NCBI GenBank assembly: GCA_040954595.2
Contig: CM082594.2
Location: 11,474,276 to 11,538,275, forward strand
DNA length: 64,000 bases
From: Balanoglossus misakiensis
Taxonomy: Eukaryota > Animalia > Hemichordata
Direction of reading: 5' to 3'
Each line of letters starts with the position of its first letter. Position 1 is the stretch's first letter. Shown piece by piece: positions 39,201-53,390 of this stretch. The notes below the pieces were generated by a model, which ran no database searches, was not told the DNA's origin, and was given only the letters and a program-made list of their open reading frames with translations. Position numbers and translations under genes: made by a program.

Positions 39201-42200
39201 CTAAAGTGACTTTAAATTGAATTATGGATCTTTGGAAAATTAAATTCCTCTTGAAAATTGTGATACGTCTGTGGACAGCCATACCGCCACCAGTAATTGC
39301 CTTTCTTTTCTCTGGATTTTTTTACATTATTAGATAAAAAAAATTTCCGCCGAACGCCGAAAAAAAGCGAAAGAGATAGGCTTTATTGTACTTTAGAGCG
39401 AAACCAATGTAACGTGTATAATCTACGTGAAAACCCTGACACAATGGCTAATGTTTATATATTTACAATACTTTACGGATCGAGCGGCTGAACAGAAAGG
39501 GTGTTTTCTTTCGTGGCAAACATTGAAAAGCTAACTTCCCGATCCCCACTTCTGTGTTTGTGCGCCTTTTCACAAATTGGTGCAATATGAATTGTCGCTG
39601 ACAACCACCGATGAACGCTGTTTGTGCGCGAGAAACGCGGACGCACATTTTGGACTTAGAATCTTCACCGCCTTCACTTGCCAATGTTTTGTCGAACGGA
39701 TCTAACCTCATTCTGTACCGAACAAGTCTGTGAAATATCACCATTTCGAGACACTCTTCTCACCACTGAAAGCCAAAAATTGGCATGAATATATCGATTA
39801 CTATAAAGACCCTCTTGAAACAGGAAAATCTGTCGTTCATCCCCAACGCACAAAACGCTCTCCAAAGTCAGATTTCAAAACCCGAGGCAGCTTTGAGAAT
39901 ATTTACTCGTACCGCTGACCCATATGAATGGAATACACCAGATGCACTCTCCAGCAATACAAAAACCAAACTTTACACCCGCTCATAGCCACCCCGCGTG
40001 AGTTATAGTTCCTATGATGCGCGTTTTGTCTAAATGGTGTAACGGTTGGTGTCCGACAAACAAAGTCATCCGGACATTTGAGGCCAATAACCAGATTTTC
40101 TTGGAGTAAAAATGAAACTATTGCCTCAAATAAAACCGACACGTGTACGACCAAATCACCGCAGTCTCTTTACGCAATTGTGATATTCAGATGCAATCTA
40201 CTCTACTGAAACATTGTCGATTTTACTGGCAATAATAAAAGATTTCTGAACAATTACAAGGTCCCTCATCAAATTATCACTGGACGCTGTAAAGTCTCCG
40301 AAACGGTAGAAAATTTGGACCATATTTTCCTGGCGGGAAAAAGACCAGGCGATAATATTCGCCTCGTTGACTTTCTACTTCAGCCTGCACTTTACACATA
40401 CATTGTAATTATTACCAATTTCACTATTATGACAAATATTGATTGCCAGTTAGAACTGATTCATCGCCCACTTTCGCCCGACAGAGTTGTCGCTTTGTCA
40501 GAATAAAAAAGACAAGGACGTGGTTCTATAAGTGTGTCTAATTAGCTTTTAGAAATAAAAACAAGTGCAACCGGCTTAGCCCTCCATCAAATTTGGTCAG
40601 GAATTACCGATGCTACGCCCTACTCCAGGTTATATTCTGCAGAGAATGTAACGACCAGAGAACACCCAGCTGGGAACCGCGCACAACAACATGAACATGG
40701 CCCCAAACAAAATGTCTGACATTAAAACCACTGTAACTTTGATTTATTGCGTCTATCACACCTACAGGAAATTTTATGGTCACAGAGCTCTGGCAAGGTA
40801 AACTCACGTGACTGCTACACGAAGCCATACTCCAAATCTATGAGAACCTAACGCCTTTTCCTCCGCACCGCCGATCGTTCACTTCTTTATCGGCCAATAC
40901 TCGAAGGCATACAACATGTCTAAGACCAAGCATAAGGCTGCAATATACTTATCCTTAGGGGTTTCACGGATTTAAGTTCCCAACAAAAACACCTTTAGTG
41001 CATTTTGTTTTATGTTACAGTTCAGTAAAATATATTATTCGTCACTAAATTTGCATGTTAACTTTGTTATTGTGGGCATTATACACTTGTAAACGACATT
41101 TACACGTAGCCGTTCTCGTTAAAATCTCGCTCTATGAAAACGTCTCTGTCCAAATTTTGAATAGAGAGTACTTTTGCACAATTGATTTGAATCAAACTTT
41201 TGTTGACTGCGGTTATTAGTACTAATCGTCTGTTCCTTTGTCCTTGTCCGATGGCGGTACATATGTCTTGAATAAAAAATGAAGGCACCGTAAGTTTCAT
41301 ATACGCGCCCGTCGCCGACATTCATTCGTATGTGAATTACTATACGTTTGTACAGACGAACCGAGAAGAAACGCATTTTGACAGCATTATTTTGAAATGT
41401 AATATTGTTGAAGTTACCGTCTGCCGTGTGTGCACGACATACAGGGTCTGGTCGGAGCTTTGATATTTGAGCGAGTCTGATTTTCTGTTGGTGATGACAG
41501 GTGAGACTTGAAAGTTGCTCACACCTCAATCAGTATGTCAGTCAACGAAACCCGTAATTATCATCTGACGATTAAAATTCAATATACTTTATGTGCTGTT
41601 ATGAGCGTTAGTTTTGCGTTTGCTGACGTAAAAAATAGAGCTGGTCAACAGTGCCACATTTAAACACTCGGCTTGCAAACAGACCGGAGTATTTTCACAA
41701 GTCATAAAAGACCAAGTTGTGTTTACTGTTTCATAATTCGACAGCCTCATTTTCAAGAAACAAGCAAACGAAGTTGAGGTTGTTAACACATTGTTAATGT
41801 ATAATTGTGGGGTGTTTGGGATTGTTAGGCCCGGATTTCATTTTGACCCCTGTTCTTGTTGCAACGGAGCAGACGATCACACCTGGACAAGCAAGCTGGC
41901 GTCTTTGCCATTGCACAGTGGTGTGTGTGCGCGTGCTCTTTGTGCATACCCTACACCTGGCACGGTGATGCACGATGATGTTTTTCCTGTCGCACTCTGT
42001 CAGATGCAGACAGGAATTCTCGAAACTCGGAAGGATTCCTTAGATTTGTCATCAAATGAAAAGAACCCGATCGACAAGTTGGAAATGGTTTGTCGCGTCG
42101 ACACCTGGCCACAACGGCGGCCAATGGCGGCTTGTTTACCATATGGTCAATCTGTATATACACGCGACTGACACAAGTTCAACTACAACCGGTGACTTGT

Positions 42201-43082
42201 CGGTTTGAAAACAGACAACCATTATTACGCTTGCGGCAACATTTCACCACCGACTGGGGTTTTCAGTAAATACTAACAGAACCAGAATCGATGCATTTTA
42301 AAAGAAAAAATCGAATTAAATCTGACAAAAATCGAACTTCATCTAACAAAACAGACAATGGTCTGCAAGCATTGAAGGGGTGGTCATCTTCCCTGAGATT
42401 TTATGAATGAACAAAAACAAGATGTGTAAAAAAACATGCGCTGTGAACTTTTGTTCTAAATTTAAGTTATTTCTTTAAACAGTTGCTCGATTTTAAATTT
42501 TGTGGAGTACACTAGTACTTCTTTAAAAAAAGCCAATACTTTAACCCATGATACATCAAGCGAAAGAAAGAAATAACCTTTTAAGAATATTTTGAAAATG
42601 ATTTTAAAATATTTAAGTTGTTTTGAAGTATTCTTACCTGTAAATTCTGCCAGTCTCGGTATCATAACCCCTCTGTGAACCCATTCCAAGGGAAGATTGT
42701 GAAGACCCTGAGATTTCATCGAAGCGTGGTCTGGCGTCGGGTGAAACGCGCTGTAGGCAGCGGCGGCAGCGGCGTGGAGCGGGTGCTGAGTGTAGATGGG
42801 ATGTCCGTAGATGTTATGGTGGACCATCGGGGGTTGGGTCATCGCCGGCGGATGGTAGTTGAGAAGCCCGGGCTTCGGCACGATGCTGCCGGTCACCATC
42901 ATCGCACTTGACCGAGGCGGGGACGGCGTTGACATCGTGGGACTGCTCCGAAGTTTGTCCCCCGGCGCGACCCGCAACGGACTTGTGCACGGCGGACTGG
43001 CCGCGGTCGGGCTGACGGATTTAGCCTTAGTCGGTTCCCGTGCCAAAAGTGCATCTATGGTAAACGCTCGCGAACCCTCCAT
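29948..43082 (-). CDS. Mnx: Mnx (HB9/exex) homeobox protein, 309 aa; exons 43082-42638, 31126-30966, 30271-29948
   Basis: N-terminal eh1 motif FTIDALL; [13 protein letters not shown] motif; homeodomain [46 protein letters not shown]|[17 protein letters not shown] is diagnostic of Mnx; acidic C-terminal tail; splice phases are consistent (1, 0). Confidence 0.96.
30336..30352 (+). repeat. (GA)n microsatellite in Mnx intron 2
   Basis: gagagagagagagagag read directly from the sequence. Confidence 0.8.
30966..31126 (-). CDS. Mnx: Mnx coding exon 2 (homeodomain helices 1-2)
   Basis: Acceptor TTCCAG, donor CAG|GTATGA; encodes [17 protein letters not shown]...LTETQ. Confidence 0.96.
42638..43082 (-). 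CDS. Mnx: Mnx coding exon 1 (eh1 motif, Pro/His/Ala-rich)
   Basis: ATG at 43082 ([17 protein letters not shown]); phase-1 donor G|GTAAGA at 42638. Confidence 0.92.
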
Positions 43083-43284
43083 GCTCAAAAGTGTCGCCTT
43101 TCTACGTTGTTGTGGCACAAACTTTATAGGTGTACGACAGTGTTACAGACAGTACCGACTCTTGAACAACGTGAAAGCTCTAAAAAATCAGCTTACCAAG
43201 CAAGTGTGATGAACTGAGGAGTTCTATGTAACAAGCCAGTGTACCCTATGGCTCGCATGTTTAATGTGTAATTGTTTAACTCCC

Positions 43285-43320
43285 CACTATATTAGTAAGG
43301 CGCTTTCTGATTGGCTGTCG
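43285..43320 (-). promoter_or_regulatory. Putative Mnx core promoter (CCAAT plus TATA-like)
   Basis: Minus-strand GCCAATCAG (CCAAT core at 43310-43314) followed by TAATATAG at ~43287-43294, about 200 bp upstream of the ATG. Confidence 0.45.
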
Positions 43321-46300
43321 CTGCTCGAATCTCATTTATTTATCTAAATATGGCTATAATCTACCCATGATGGGCGGCCGACAATTAAGGCGCTTTAATT
43401 ACGTGTTGACAGCCGATGGACGTCTTAGATACACGCTATAGCAGAGTATAGCTGCTTATTACAAACAACTTAATCACGAGGTCGCCCCACTGGCCTGTAC
43501 AACGGGTCGGTACCTCCCCAACCCACTCCCGAGTCAAGTGATCGGAACTAAGGCTTTTCGGATTCTTTTTCGCCGCAACTTTGCCAACACTTCAGCGCTG
43601 ACATCTTTTCAATATTTTCGCGCTTTGAAAACAGATGTATGCGTGAATGATGAGAGAAACCGTGTACAAAACGTGCCGAAATTAAATTTGGACGGTGTTC
43701 CGGCGATGTGGAGTTAAGTTGTCAAATAAGTTGATTATGTTGACTGAGGGTCACAAAGTTCATGGAATTCACACGTTTCTTTTGTGAGCGACCACTTACC
43801 GAGTAGCTACTTCTAACACCCGATGGATAGCCACCGCTATGATAGCGACTGCCTGATTGGTCGGACCGCTGTATAACTGTCACTGGATTGTGTGCCTTTG
43901 TGGCAACCGTAAAATGCACAGCGTTCTAACAGCGTTGATGTGTTTACCTCCGATGTTCAGCCGCGAATCGCCTCAAGTACTCAGCAGGCCCGACGGTCTG
44001 TGCCAGAGTCATTACCTGCACAAAAACCAAAAGAATAAAGTTTGGTTACACACCGATCAGGCAGACAACACCAACAGACATGCATTCAAACACGTTAACC
44101 ATTTCGTAGCAAAAAATTATATATGACTGACTTTAATATCACAATCTGTAACCAGATATACACCAAGACCACAGAGATTTCCTAAATCGCATTAAAAGCA
44201 AACGTCTTTCGAAGAACATTTTGGAAACAGTAGCCGACTGTGCCTCTGATCAGTGGCGACGTTTCGAAAGTACACTTTTAAGTGGCTGATATAGTTTTTA
44301 ACTTCCTAATCACGTGACGGGGAGGCCTCAACCCCGAGTTTAACCCCCCCCCCCTATTCCTTCCAATTTTACAACTGCGGTAGGCAGGGCACCACTAGAA
44401 TCCAAGGCGTGGCTCTCTTGGTTGTTGACTAGTGTTGTAGTCATTCCACACAAGCGGGATGGGTATTATTTACGACTAATAACTTGATTAATCTCCATAA
44501 AAGTTATGTCAAGTAACATACCTGGCAGCAGTATAATGACATAAAATTGTTTGACCTCTGAACAAAGATTTTGGCAAATATGAACTGGTACGGGTTACAA
44601 ATTCTGCATTCGTACTCCGCCGTCTGGTGGAGTGGTTGGCAGTGTAATTATTTTGTTATAAACACGGGGGGGGGGGGGAGGGGGGAGATGGAGAGAGAGA
44701 AAATGCCAATACTAAATTGAATATTTACGGCGCATTTGAGACCAGCGTCGACACACGCACATCACTTGGAAGTCAATTCACAATATCCACAGCCCCCGGC
44801 TTCTCTCAAACTCGGCAGAGAAACGAGGCGAGGGGGTCTGGCAGGTCCCATGATCCTCCGCGTCAAATATTTTCATTGTGAGAAGAGCGTTTATTACAAA
44901 ATACATAATAGCGACAGATTGTGGCACATTTAATGATCATCATAACTGCCGTCGTAAAAAGACAGATCGGATTATTAGGGAAAATGGAGAGCGATATTGT
45001 TCTTAGCCTTGTTTGCAAACACACGGAATACTATAAAAATCACTTCGACCCAATAAATCAATATGATTGTCCAACTTTTGTGGAAAGTCTCCGCGCAGCG
45101 GCAGAGAGTCAGAGATGGTAGATGGCTTTTATGGGACGAAAATTAGTCGTTACAAACACCATACGAAGGAAGTGCTTGCTTTCTCACGAGCAATTACTGC
45201 AAATGTAGACCCAACTAATTAAACTTGTAAAGTTCTGCACTTTTGGAAATGTCACCTATGTCCCAGATTTTATGACGGACATTTTAGCCGACGTTTTTGC
45301 GCACATAGACCTGAAGAAGCCCTTGGCTTCTCTTCTCACCGCATAGAAACCTAAACAGATCGTGAGATTCGCTTTCGGAGTGTTGTGACGAATCACTTAT
45401 AGCACGGCAGCACAGAGCTATGTATACCGAACTCAAGCGATTGAAAAGTGACAGGCACATTCATTCAGGCCAAACAACACACCAAACGCGACGCACATGT
45501 GAAGACCATGAACAGAATCCATAAAAAACGTGCTTTAAAATATCTCTGCCTCGTGCAACCTGATACAAACTTTCACAATGTGCGTTTTCCTTTTGTTCAA
45601 TTTTGAAGAACTCAGTGACACACAAGAGACGAAAATCGCGAGCACGGTGCAACGGTGAAGTGTTTTCATACATATATTATTCATCGTTAGCTTTGCTCTT
45701 GAGTCAAACTTTAGTGTTTTAAGAGCTTTCGTCTGTTTACTCACCCAACGAAATTAATGTTACTTTCTCAGCTAAAGCCAGGTAATTAACTTAATTGATC
45801 TTTGACACCTTTCGCTTTTCAGAATGTGCAATCGATTACTAAATTCGTTTTCCGACGTAGCCAAATGGGAAATTGATATTTATATCCCTGTGATTTCGAC
45901 ATGGCGGAAAAGATTGATACAAGAGAGGTGGGGGGAGGGGAGAGAGAGAGAGGCAGCATCTCAAAAATAATTTAGGAAAACTAACCATTCTGTCTTTCTC
46001 CAAGGCGACGGCACAGCTATCAGACCAGAATCAAAATGAGCAACCCGACAACGTGGCACTGGGTGGCTTTTATACGACCAAAAACTAACACCTGGTCACG
46101 CTAATATGTTAAATAAAGAAATTAACATAGGTGCACCTGGCCACGAAACAAAACAAATAAGAAACTTCATCACACGTACAAAAACAACCGACGAGGCTAT
46201 ACGCAAATGAGGATGTGCGTGCTTTTACGATTTGGCCAAGCTCAATCATGCACTAAGGCTGGCTATCGGCCACATGGACACCAAAAACGTGTTAATAATC

Positions 46301-47106
46301 AATTCATTTTAGGTTAGAGCCATCATCGCTATTATTTCCACGGACACATACACAGATTTTTAATGAAAGCGTCCCTCCCCAATTTGGAACGCGGGTAATG
46401 AGACGAAAGTTCATCAAACCACAAAGACCTTTTAGTTTGATTATTTTTCCTAACGCAATCTCGCGAAGAGACAGAAAAAAAGTTTAGGAAGCGCCATCAC
46501 ATCAGGACCGAGAATTGACTGTTACTCAACTATACGGGCGATAATTAGTCTGTTCAGGCCGGGCACAGTGACTGCGCCACTTTGTCGAGATGCCGCCGCG
46601 CAATTAAGTTTTGACCTTGTATAAATATGACATGGAATACCAAAATTAATATTGATAATTTGATGGCAATATTTCCATCATTGCCCATCTCGAGGATTAT
46701 TCATCGATTAGCGAAAAGGATGAAACATTAGCCTAATCCCTTTGTTTCACTTTATCAGATTACGCCTCATTTGCATATCGATTGTCAATATTCGTCTCAT
46801 TATGGTTTCTTTTCGGAGTGAAATCGGAAAAAAGCACTTGCGAGTTGCCCCGATGACCAACTGTTTCGTCGGTAATGCATTTTTCCAATTGCGTCACCAG
46901 TTCTTTGGGCGAATGTTTTAATTATCATAATTATACTTTGATGAAACCGTATCGATCAGGATGACCCATCACATCTGAGTGGGCCTTTCCCTCTTCTTGG
47001 CGGCATAAACAAGAGGTTGTTGGCTCGGATAAGTCATCAAGAAACTAATTTGAGTTACGCCAGTCGACGAAGGCACACTGTAAACAGGACAAAAATATCA
47101 GGTACA

Positions 47107-47140
47107 ACCAGACCAGACCAGACCAGAACAGAACAGAACA
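47107..47140 (+). repeat. Compound pentanucleotide microsatellite (ACCAG)n(AACAG)n
   Basis: accagaccagaccagaccagaacagaacagaaca read directly from the sequence. Confidence 0.8.
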
Positions 47141-50100
47141 TAATTATTGTTTGTTGGCACGGACCAGGAAAGAATCCCCCGATCAGCAGACTAGCAGAGT
47201 AGAAATGTGTGGAGGCACAAGTCCAATGATATCGAAATAGGGACACTCATCAGCGGAGAATGGAGTGGTGACACATATCAACCGACGAGTGGATTGGCCG
47301 AAGGTGACCGGGTGTATCGGGGTAAGGCCAGCACAGGCACAACAATGACAAGTGCTGAACGATACATTGGTGTGTGGTGGAACGGATTAAAAACGGTCGT
47401 TAGGTGGCACAGTTCATCACGTGACACAATGCCACACCACCGGCGGACGTGCAACCACGTGACGCCACCCCAGACTGACAACTGCACAAGCACTCAGCGC
47501 CACCTGCGCGGCTCTCGAATAAAACTTAACGACAAAATATGCGCGAATTTGAGGGACACATTATAGGATAAGCAAACTCATTCTCAAAGATAAACGACCA
47601 AAACGCGTGAAAATTTTCGCGTTTAATTACAGGTAATATGTCGGGGCTGACCGAGTGTTTACAAATCTGTATTAAATTCGACATGTGGTACACTTAACAC
47701 GACTGTTAAACAGTTTACGTCGGATGTAGAAGGCTTTCTGCGCACCATATAAGTCACAGCCGAACATTTCTTTCCTTTTAAGTACAGTACATTATTTTTT
47801 AGAGAGTCGGACTTTGATATTGGCTAAGGTGACCAACCCACCGAAGATGACGTCAGTTAGAATTGTCTTTATGGTATATTGCCGTACGTTATTTCAATAA
47901 ATAACACCTCATCTATAACATCAAAGCATTTGTTAATATTCAATATTATATTCTCCAGCACACAGATAAAAGAGAAAGCAGTTAAAGTCTGAACTCAAGT
48001 GGAGGGTAGAGTTACATTGATAACGAATCTTTTGATCAAATCAGAATGGATGCATAAAATAAAACAAATTATTTTGAGTTCCCTTGATGAAACGAGAAAA
48101 TGAAACTGTGACCAAGTATACACATCGGAAATATACAGCAGAAATTAATTTTTAATAGAGCAAATAATTTCACTCTTTATCGGCGGATTATTTATTCATA
48201 ATGTTCGGGACCCCAGCACATCACCAAAATGGCTGATTTAGTTTTATACAGTTCTCTCCTTTCTCATTCTGATTAAAGAATAATTTAAGAGTAACCTCTC
48301 GGAAAGAGTGATATAATTGTTAAAACAAGTTCAAAGCTAATGTGTTTTGTTCTTGACCACATCGTCTCCCGGTTTCCGACTTTTGAAAGGATTCCATCAA
48401 ATCAGCCCTTCTCAAATTATCAGCGAATATCTGGGTTGTAACCGTTGCTATATCCGTGCCAAAGATCATTGTGCTTTATATGTTAACAGGGCTGTTCTAG
48501 TCGGCTGCATGGTTCAAGTGGAAGGGCTGGCATACATCGGTTGCCAACTGTTTTACAGGGTCTATATATTTTGAATGGAGTTCGCGAGACCCGGGACACA
48601 CGTACAGAAAATGGGAAGAAAATTTACTACCGTCTGACCGTTTCCATAGTAACGGTGAACAAGTACTCTTTTGTTTCTGCGTCGCGATCAGATTATTTTT
48701 ATTTCACTTGAATTTCTCACCATTACTAGTCGAAACTGGTGTTGGAAGATCGCAGTCCGCGCTTGTGTCTGTTGATTCAAACTTCAAGCATCACATCCAA
48801 AACAAAAATATGATGTCACAGGGCTAGACTCACCAACAGAAAACATGCTCTCCTGTCGTGGCCTGGTTCAACGAAATGATACAAAATTTACCGCCCAGAG
48901 TGTGAGACAAGTGGCTAACCGTTCATAAAAAGCGAAATTCAATTTCCAACAATAGCCGGCCCCTTACCTACACGAACTTTTCAAACACGCTCGCGTTTGA
49001 ATTGGTGTTGACAAAGCTTGAACCGACATCACCGCCTGGTGCGTATGTAGTGTCGTACTTCACAAATAAAGAATTACCAGACACGAAAAACGTGTTAATT
49101 ACCTCATTAAGTTGGATAATCTCAAACGTTCAATAAATATTCCTCCCCGCCGTAACGAGACTACTCAAACTGAAAAAAAGGCCATCGCTTACGTAGGTGA
49201 TACCGGCACTTGCAATAAATTGTGCATCGTCTGCACAGCAACGGTTAAGACAGCCAGTTTTAGTCCACGGAGAAATTTAGGGAGGAAAGACTAGTTCAGA
49301 TCATAATGTACTTTTGATCGATTTTCAAAGGTTTATTTGCAAGATAAGTTAATCCCCTTTTTATTAGTTTTGATAAACATTTCGTAGAACAGGAGCGGCT
49401 TTATTGTGGCCACCCGTAATCGGCACCGATTTTTTTTTCCGACAGAGGGTCGTTTATCACCTACGCTGATTTGCCAAAGTTACAATTTTAAGGACAATCT
49501 TTTGATTCGTGGACTGCGCATAGAACAGGCGACACATCTAGGCGATAATAATGCCAGGCTAATGCATCCTGTGTTTTTACGTGAGACCGTCGTTACCTGG
49601 TTTGCTAAGAGAGGCTTTTCAACGAGGGCTAATTTCCTCGGCTGCATTATTACGACATATTATGTTTGATACTGAATACACTGCGAATGACCAACCCTCG
49701 CAACGGTTGCTCCGAGTGACGACGCGCGCGCATGCTCTGTTATGAAGAGCTCAAGGTGTGGACACCGCGTGTGTCATGCCCTCTTACCGCTTGCTGAAAA
49801 CTGAAGTGTGAATTTCTTTAGGAAGCAATTATTGTGATTCATAGTTTGCTATCGATGAATTGACGCCGATTCAAACGTGTTATCTCTGAAACATTTCGCT
49901 CAGTATGACGTAGCAATGTTGTTCCAGACGACGTCATTGCAAAAACTGCAGTACAAACTTTTTCATCTGATCTTTTTGGTCTTTTCAAATGGCCATTTCA
50001 TTTTTAAACTCACAAGGCAACATATTTCGAACGAAGTTTAAAAAGTTGTAGAGTTTAAAGAAACGGACGTTCCCGATTGTTGACTCAAGTATATCTTCAA

Positions 50101-50783
50101 ACAGGTAATTTGCAATCTCCGACGATAACGCCATTTGGAAGGGATTTAGCAGCGCGAAATAGCTACCATTATTTATACGCTAAATATTTAGGTGGCCAGG
50201 GTGACGCGTGGTCTGATTTATTCCCTCACCCGACCCCACTTGCGCCCTCGAGACACCTGTGTAGAAAAATTTGTCATTATGCTAATAAATTAGTGCTAAT
50301 TCCCATGAACCGCGGACGTGTTACCTGGGCAACCGTTGCTTTTTCATCCACCGCCAAATTTATGCCGACTGAAACCATAAACAGGGTGGTTATCTTGTGA
50401 AGTGATTCTGGGATTCGTGAGAAATTTCTTCGCGTCGTTCTGTACGCTGGACACATTACATCCTCCAACCGTTGAAACAAGGACATGGCCCTGACAAGTA
50501 CTGATGTACCAAACATCAATTGCTCCGTGCGTGTGCGTCCTGGGCATTGAGCTTGACTCTTGTTCAAACGATATTTCGGACTCATAAACATTGCCAGTAC
50601 AATGACCTTCTTAAGACTACAGTACATGGTCATCACCTCCGCAAGTTTAGCCACTGTTGGAAATGTGAGATTTGGACGATCTCAGATTTTTTCTTGGGGT
50701 GACCACGTGAATAAAGTACGTCGCCACATACTTAACTGGAAGCCTAAGACACTCCCTTTATCCCATGTACGCACACAGGTATA

Positions 50784-50881
50784 TGTAAATTAGTCTCTCT
50801 CTCTCTCTTTCTTTCTTCCGTAAATAATGAGCCAGAGATTGACGTTATTTACGTTGAGCATTGAAAGAGAGAGAGAGAGAG
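50784..50881. repeat. (CT)n tract and (GA)n tract ~70 bp apart, complementary to each other
   Basis: tctctctctctctct at ~50784-50798 and gagagagagagagag at ~50867-50881. Confidence 0.75.
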
Positions 50882-53390
50882 CTTCTCTTTGCGAAGACGC
50901 CCTCTATGAAAAAGAATGTAGGCCTACCTTGGATGTTTTCCAATGACCCCCATCAACATTCGACTATCTTCGGAGAAAGCAAATCGAATACCGCCCTCAT
51001 CGGAAACTGTCCACTGTAGTCAATCAACAGGAGAATATCAACTGTAGATGGCGACATTTCGTAATCGTGAGCTGCAAGTCAAAAGAGAAACAGTGGTCAT
51101 CAAAAGTTACAGGACATGTTTAAATGCGTATAATGTACACAATGTCAAGACAACGGATATTATTTTAAGAAGCGTGGCTTCTCTTTAGTCTACTGTCGAT
51201 TTTATTCATTTGCTGGAGGAGCTGATAATTTTAATAAAACATGATAGTGATGCACTAATGGTAAAAATGTTCACTGCAGTTTGTATATAATATTTGCACT
51301 GCTAATACATGACGAGCCTCTTTACGGCAACTGCTACGTGTATTACAGAAAAGGGTGTGACAGAGAGATCGAACACATGAACAAAAGCCCACAGTCAGTG
51401 TACCAACTGCAGTTATCCTCCTCACTGAGAAATAGAATCTTTGTAGTTTTGCCTTCGACCGTGAAACAATCTCCGTACATAGATGGTAGAAACACCAGTC
51501 ACTTCTGAGTGTTCTGGTGTTTTTATTTTTAAAAATAATACTGCACAATTGCAGAATGGACAAAAAATATCATGAACTCACCCATGTCTTCACTGTGGCT
51601 TGTGGAGGCTGCCATCTTGAAAGTACCCATGATGCAACGCAAATCTCTCTGAAGGAGCGAGTTTTTTTCTCTCTAGGCTACCTTTCTCTTCTTTTCTCCC
51701 GGCATTCTAAACTGTAACAAAAAAAGGTGACTAGCTTCATGATATTAGCCCCAAAAAACAGTCAGCCATGCAGCCTACAAACTGCCCCCCCCCTCATTTC
51801 CACTGAGAGCATGGATCGCGCCCTCTTACGGCTAATGAAAACCACAATGAGCGGACATGACATTTGAACACGAAATGATGCAGTGAATACACGTACAAGT
51901 TGTATTTACAGTAACGATACGAAGAAGGGATGATGAGAAAAATAACAACCTGTTATCACTCCAATCTCAATATATACTGACAAAGTTGAGTGATAAACAA
52001 GGTTAATGAATCAATCGCCATGTCAAAATATACTATTGGGGAACTAAAACCAGTTTTGGAGAGTTTATTCGACCAAAATGGACGCTGGTGATAGGAAGGA
52101 GAGAGAGAGAGATTGCTGGGACAATACTTTCAGAAAGTTTGCAAGCTTGTACAACTACACATGCGGTCCCATGAGTACCGACTTCCACCGGTCCACTGAA
52201 TTTGCAGTGAATTTTCTCACGACTTCGAAGTGACAAAATAATAGATGAGTTAAGTTAATGCAGTTAATTGCACCATTTCGCTCAACTTGCCGTTTCCCCC
52301 ATTATTACATTTGCTCGACTGTTCGTCGCATGCGTAATGACTGGGCTGCCCAATCAGGGACCACCGTTTCAACTTTGACCATCCATCACCTAGACTATGT
52401 GACGCCGCGCATGTCAGACCAACCTTGTCGTGATCATCGTGGGAACTCCCGGAAGTGTTAAAACCAATGCTTTCTCACTCAAAATAATTGATTTAACCAC
52501 GCTGACGTCTCCAAACATTCACATTTAATGCCAGCAATTATAGCTTTGGGGAAAACAGTTTCTCAGGAAGCGCAAGCATCAAATAGCTGAACTCTTTCAC
52601 ACCCATGACAATAAACATTCGATAATTTATCTTTTTCAGTCACATGATCACTATGCGATCACACAGAATGAAATCACCAAAAACTTTCCGGAAATTTCTG
52701 TTCGGGAAAATTGACATAAAATTGAAATGTATGTACATCATGATAGTCAGTGATATCCCGATGCCATCTTCCTCTTCTTGCAACCAGTTGAACACCATTC
52801 TCAATTAAACCATAACTCCTAGAACACTAAAAATTTATATGATTACCTCTGAATTATTATCATTTGTAAATTCTGTTAATTTGTAAAATGTTATATGAGA
52901 TATAACCTTAAAGTTTTTGGAAAGTTTGTCTCGAGAACAAGCATTGTAGAACTAACACGGGACTGATTCTGTCCAGGGTTTATCAAAAGCTACCGATAGA
53001 GTTCTGGCGTGTTCAGTTGATGTCGACTACTTCATCGTGTGAAAATCGGACATTTTTATGAGCTATTAGAGCCCTTTAGTCTACTAATGAACCCAGAGAT
53101 GGGACAATGGCCAACTCAGTACTTTCTGTAGACTGTTGTCATTGGGATGGTTCAGTGGTCAGGCATACGCTATTCTGAATACTCACTGCGCTGTGCTTTC
53201 TGGGACAACACACACAAAAGCGCGCATGAATCATGCCAATGTAAAATATGAGACCACCATTACATGTACGCGGCGAAAATTAGGTCGGGAAGTTAGTCTT
53301 TGCTTTGAGTGATCTTAATATTACTTTCGCTCTACTCAATTTACGAGCAGTTTTGAATACTGATGGATATTTTTTATGAGAAACAGTTCT

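Noticed and set aside
43083-43118. In-frame GTG-initiated N-terminal extension of Mnx (MPQQRRKATLLS) in the ORF track
   Set aside because: Non-ATG start from a bacterial-style ORF caller; the ATG at 43082 directly precedes the eh1 motif, as is typical for Mnx.
7907-45075. Partial matches to recalled miRNA sequences (miR-281-like 7907, miR-7-like ~20933, miR-210-like ~24345, miR-219-like ~25525 and ~45064)
   Set aside because: Only 9-12 nt match, the rest diverges, and no hairpin was seen; expected by chance.
47140-47566. Possible LINE 3' end (microsatellite tail beside 119-aa and 71-aa ORFs)
   Set aside because: No RT or endonuclease motifs in the adjacent ORF translations.
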